A DNA stretch of 62,412 nt, counting the filler, from Chiloscyllium plagiosum (Eukaryota), in NCBI RefSeq assembly GCF_004010195.1. It is 3 parts of one record of this genome, joined end to end, with 100 filler letters (N's around TTAATTAATTAA, not from the genome) between each part and the next. Parts side by side here need not be neighbours in the genome. Positions count along the whole stretch, not along the records: positions 58,238 to 62,412 come from NC_057711.1; 2 more parts are not named here. One strand, written 5' to 3'. Positions 60,480 to 62,412 of this stretch are shown here, piece by piece. A program made the position numbers and the translations under genes. Position 1 is the first letter of the stretch; every line of letters begins with the position of its first letter. The notes beneath the pieces are model-generated. The model saw nothing but the letters and a program-made list of their open reading frames with translations. It was not told the origin of the DNA and made no database searches.

Positions 60480-62412
60480 ATATTGAAAACTGTTAGAATC
60501 TATTATAAAGGATGTAATTGCAGAGAATTTAGAAATATATTTGATCAAGCGGAGTCCACATATGAAGGAACAATCCATCTGACAAATTACTAGAACACTT
60601 TTGAGGAAGTAACAAGCAGGAAAGATCAAAGGAAAGCAGTGTGAGTAACATATTTGCATTTGATAAAGTATTACTCATTAGGAATAAGACAAAAGCCCAT
60701 GGTGCTGGAGCTAGTATATTAGCATGGATGGAGGATTAGCTAATTAATAGAAGGCATGCAAGATAAGGGAGATATTTTAGGATTACATGTAACTAGTGGA
60801 ATGTCAAATGAATTAGTGTTGGGGCCACAATTATTTAGCATAATTATTAATGACCTCGATAAGGAAACTGGATAAGGAAACTTGTCAGATTTTCAGATGA
60901 GACAGAATTAGGTAGGAAGGTAAATGGTGAGGATGCGACAACGAGGCTGCAGAGGAATATAGACAAGTTAAGTGAAAATCATGGAATTATAGAATCATAT
61001 AGAGCTGATGAGGTCCTTTAGTACATCAAATCTATACTGCTTAAGCACCACTAAGTCTAACGTGAGTTTCACTTTCTAGCACTAGGAACATAGACTTGAA
61101 TGTTATGACACTTAAAATGCTCAGCTAAGTACTTTTTAAAAGTTGTGAGGTTTCCTGCCTCAACAACCATCCTAGGCAACGTGTTCCAGATTCCCATAAT
61201 CCTTTGGGTGAAAACATTTTTCCTTAAATTCCCTCTAAACCTCCTGCCTCAAAATTATGCACCTTTGTTATTAGGCCTTGGACTAAAGGGAAAGATGTTT
61301 TCTATTCACCTTGCCCATGCCCCTCCTAATCTTATACCTCTTTATCAGGTCCTCCTCAACCTTCTTTACTCCAACGAAACAAACTGAGCATTCCTTCATA
61401 GTTAAACTACACCAAATCGGGCAACAACCTGATGAATCTCCTCTGCGTCCCTTCCAAGAACAAAGAACAAAGAGAACAAAGTACTGTACAGCACGGGAAC
61501 AGGTCCTTCTGCCCACGAAGTACCCTCCGACATATGGCCTTTCTAAAGTAAAAACCTTTTGCCTCTGTGTAGTGGGTACCCCTCTATTCCCTACCTATTT
61601 TTATATCTGTCAAGTTGCCCTTTAAACGTTGTTTACCACCTCTGGCAGCATATTCCAGGCTCATATCACCCTCTATGGAAAAAAACTTGCATTTCACATC
61701 TTCTTTAAGATTACCACTTTTTATCTTCAACCTATGTCCCCTAGTAATTGACATTTCTACCCTGGGAAAAAGACTCTGACTACACATTCCTCACATAACT
61801 TTGTAAACTTCTATCAGATTGCCCGTTGACTTTGATGTTCAAATCAAAACAAAGCAAGTTTGTTCAATCTCTCCTTATAGCTAATACTCTCCAAACCAGG
61901 GAACATTCTTTTTTGCACCCTCTCCAAAAACTCCACATCTTTTTTGTTGTGTGTGTGTGTGTGTGTGTGCGCGTACGTGAGTGAGGGATGGGGGAGTGTT
62001 AACCAGAACAAGAATCAATATTGAAACGTGGTTAACTAATCTTCTACACAGTTGTAACATGACCTGCCAATTTTTATACTCTGTGCCCTGACCAATGATG
62101 ACAAGTATGCCAGATGCCTTATCCACTTGTGATAGCACTTTTAGGGAACTGTGCCCCTCACAAAGCCATGCTGACTGCCTTTAATCACACTATGCTTTGC
62201 CAAATAGTCATAAATCCTATCCCTCAGAATTCTTTCCAAAACTTTGCTGACCACAGACGTAAGACTGACTGGTCTGTAATTGCCAGCGATTTTCCTATTA
62301 CCCTTCTTGAAAAGAGGAACAACATTCACCTCCTTCCAATCCACCGGTACGACTCCCGTGGAGAGTGAGGAGGCAAATATCCTCGCCAGCGGCTTAGCAA
62401 CCTCCTTTCTCG
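60480..62412. mobile_element. Cluster of degraded CR1 fragments on both strands
   Basis: PLFKKG..GNYRPVSLTSV at 62160-62412 (minus) and other CR1 motifs. Confidence 0.8.

Overview
Repeat-dense vertebrate genomic DNA. The CR1/HE1-type LINE-SINE landscape points to a cartilaginous fish, probably a shark (inference). There are several N-gaps, two of which carry an artificial TTAATTAATTAA linker, so the window may join three contigs. Host genes: (1) a complete four-exon, minus-strand CC chemokine gene of the CCL19/CCL21 group (120 aa, 36415..33085) with TATA box and polyA signal, which the ORF track misses; (2) one 157-nt minus-strand exon encoding a D3-type C8 domain of a VWF/otogelin/gel-forming-mucin family protein (59881..59725), which lacks the cysteine equivalent to VWF C1097. 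The rest is CR1, Rex1/Babar, Tx1 and Penelope-like retroelement fragments, SINEs, a Tigger-like MITE, a solo LTR, a ~9.7 kb 28-bp satellite and G-rich minisatellites. The most striking hidden signal is about 15 copies of minimal hammerhead-ribozyme motifs (CUGANGA-hairpin-GAAA-NN-UH) from three Penelope-like families. They sit mostly in short non-autonomous inserts with 8-16 bp target-site duplications and fold-back architecture, including one in the chemokine intron and one at the centre of a 370-bp-arm palindrome.
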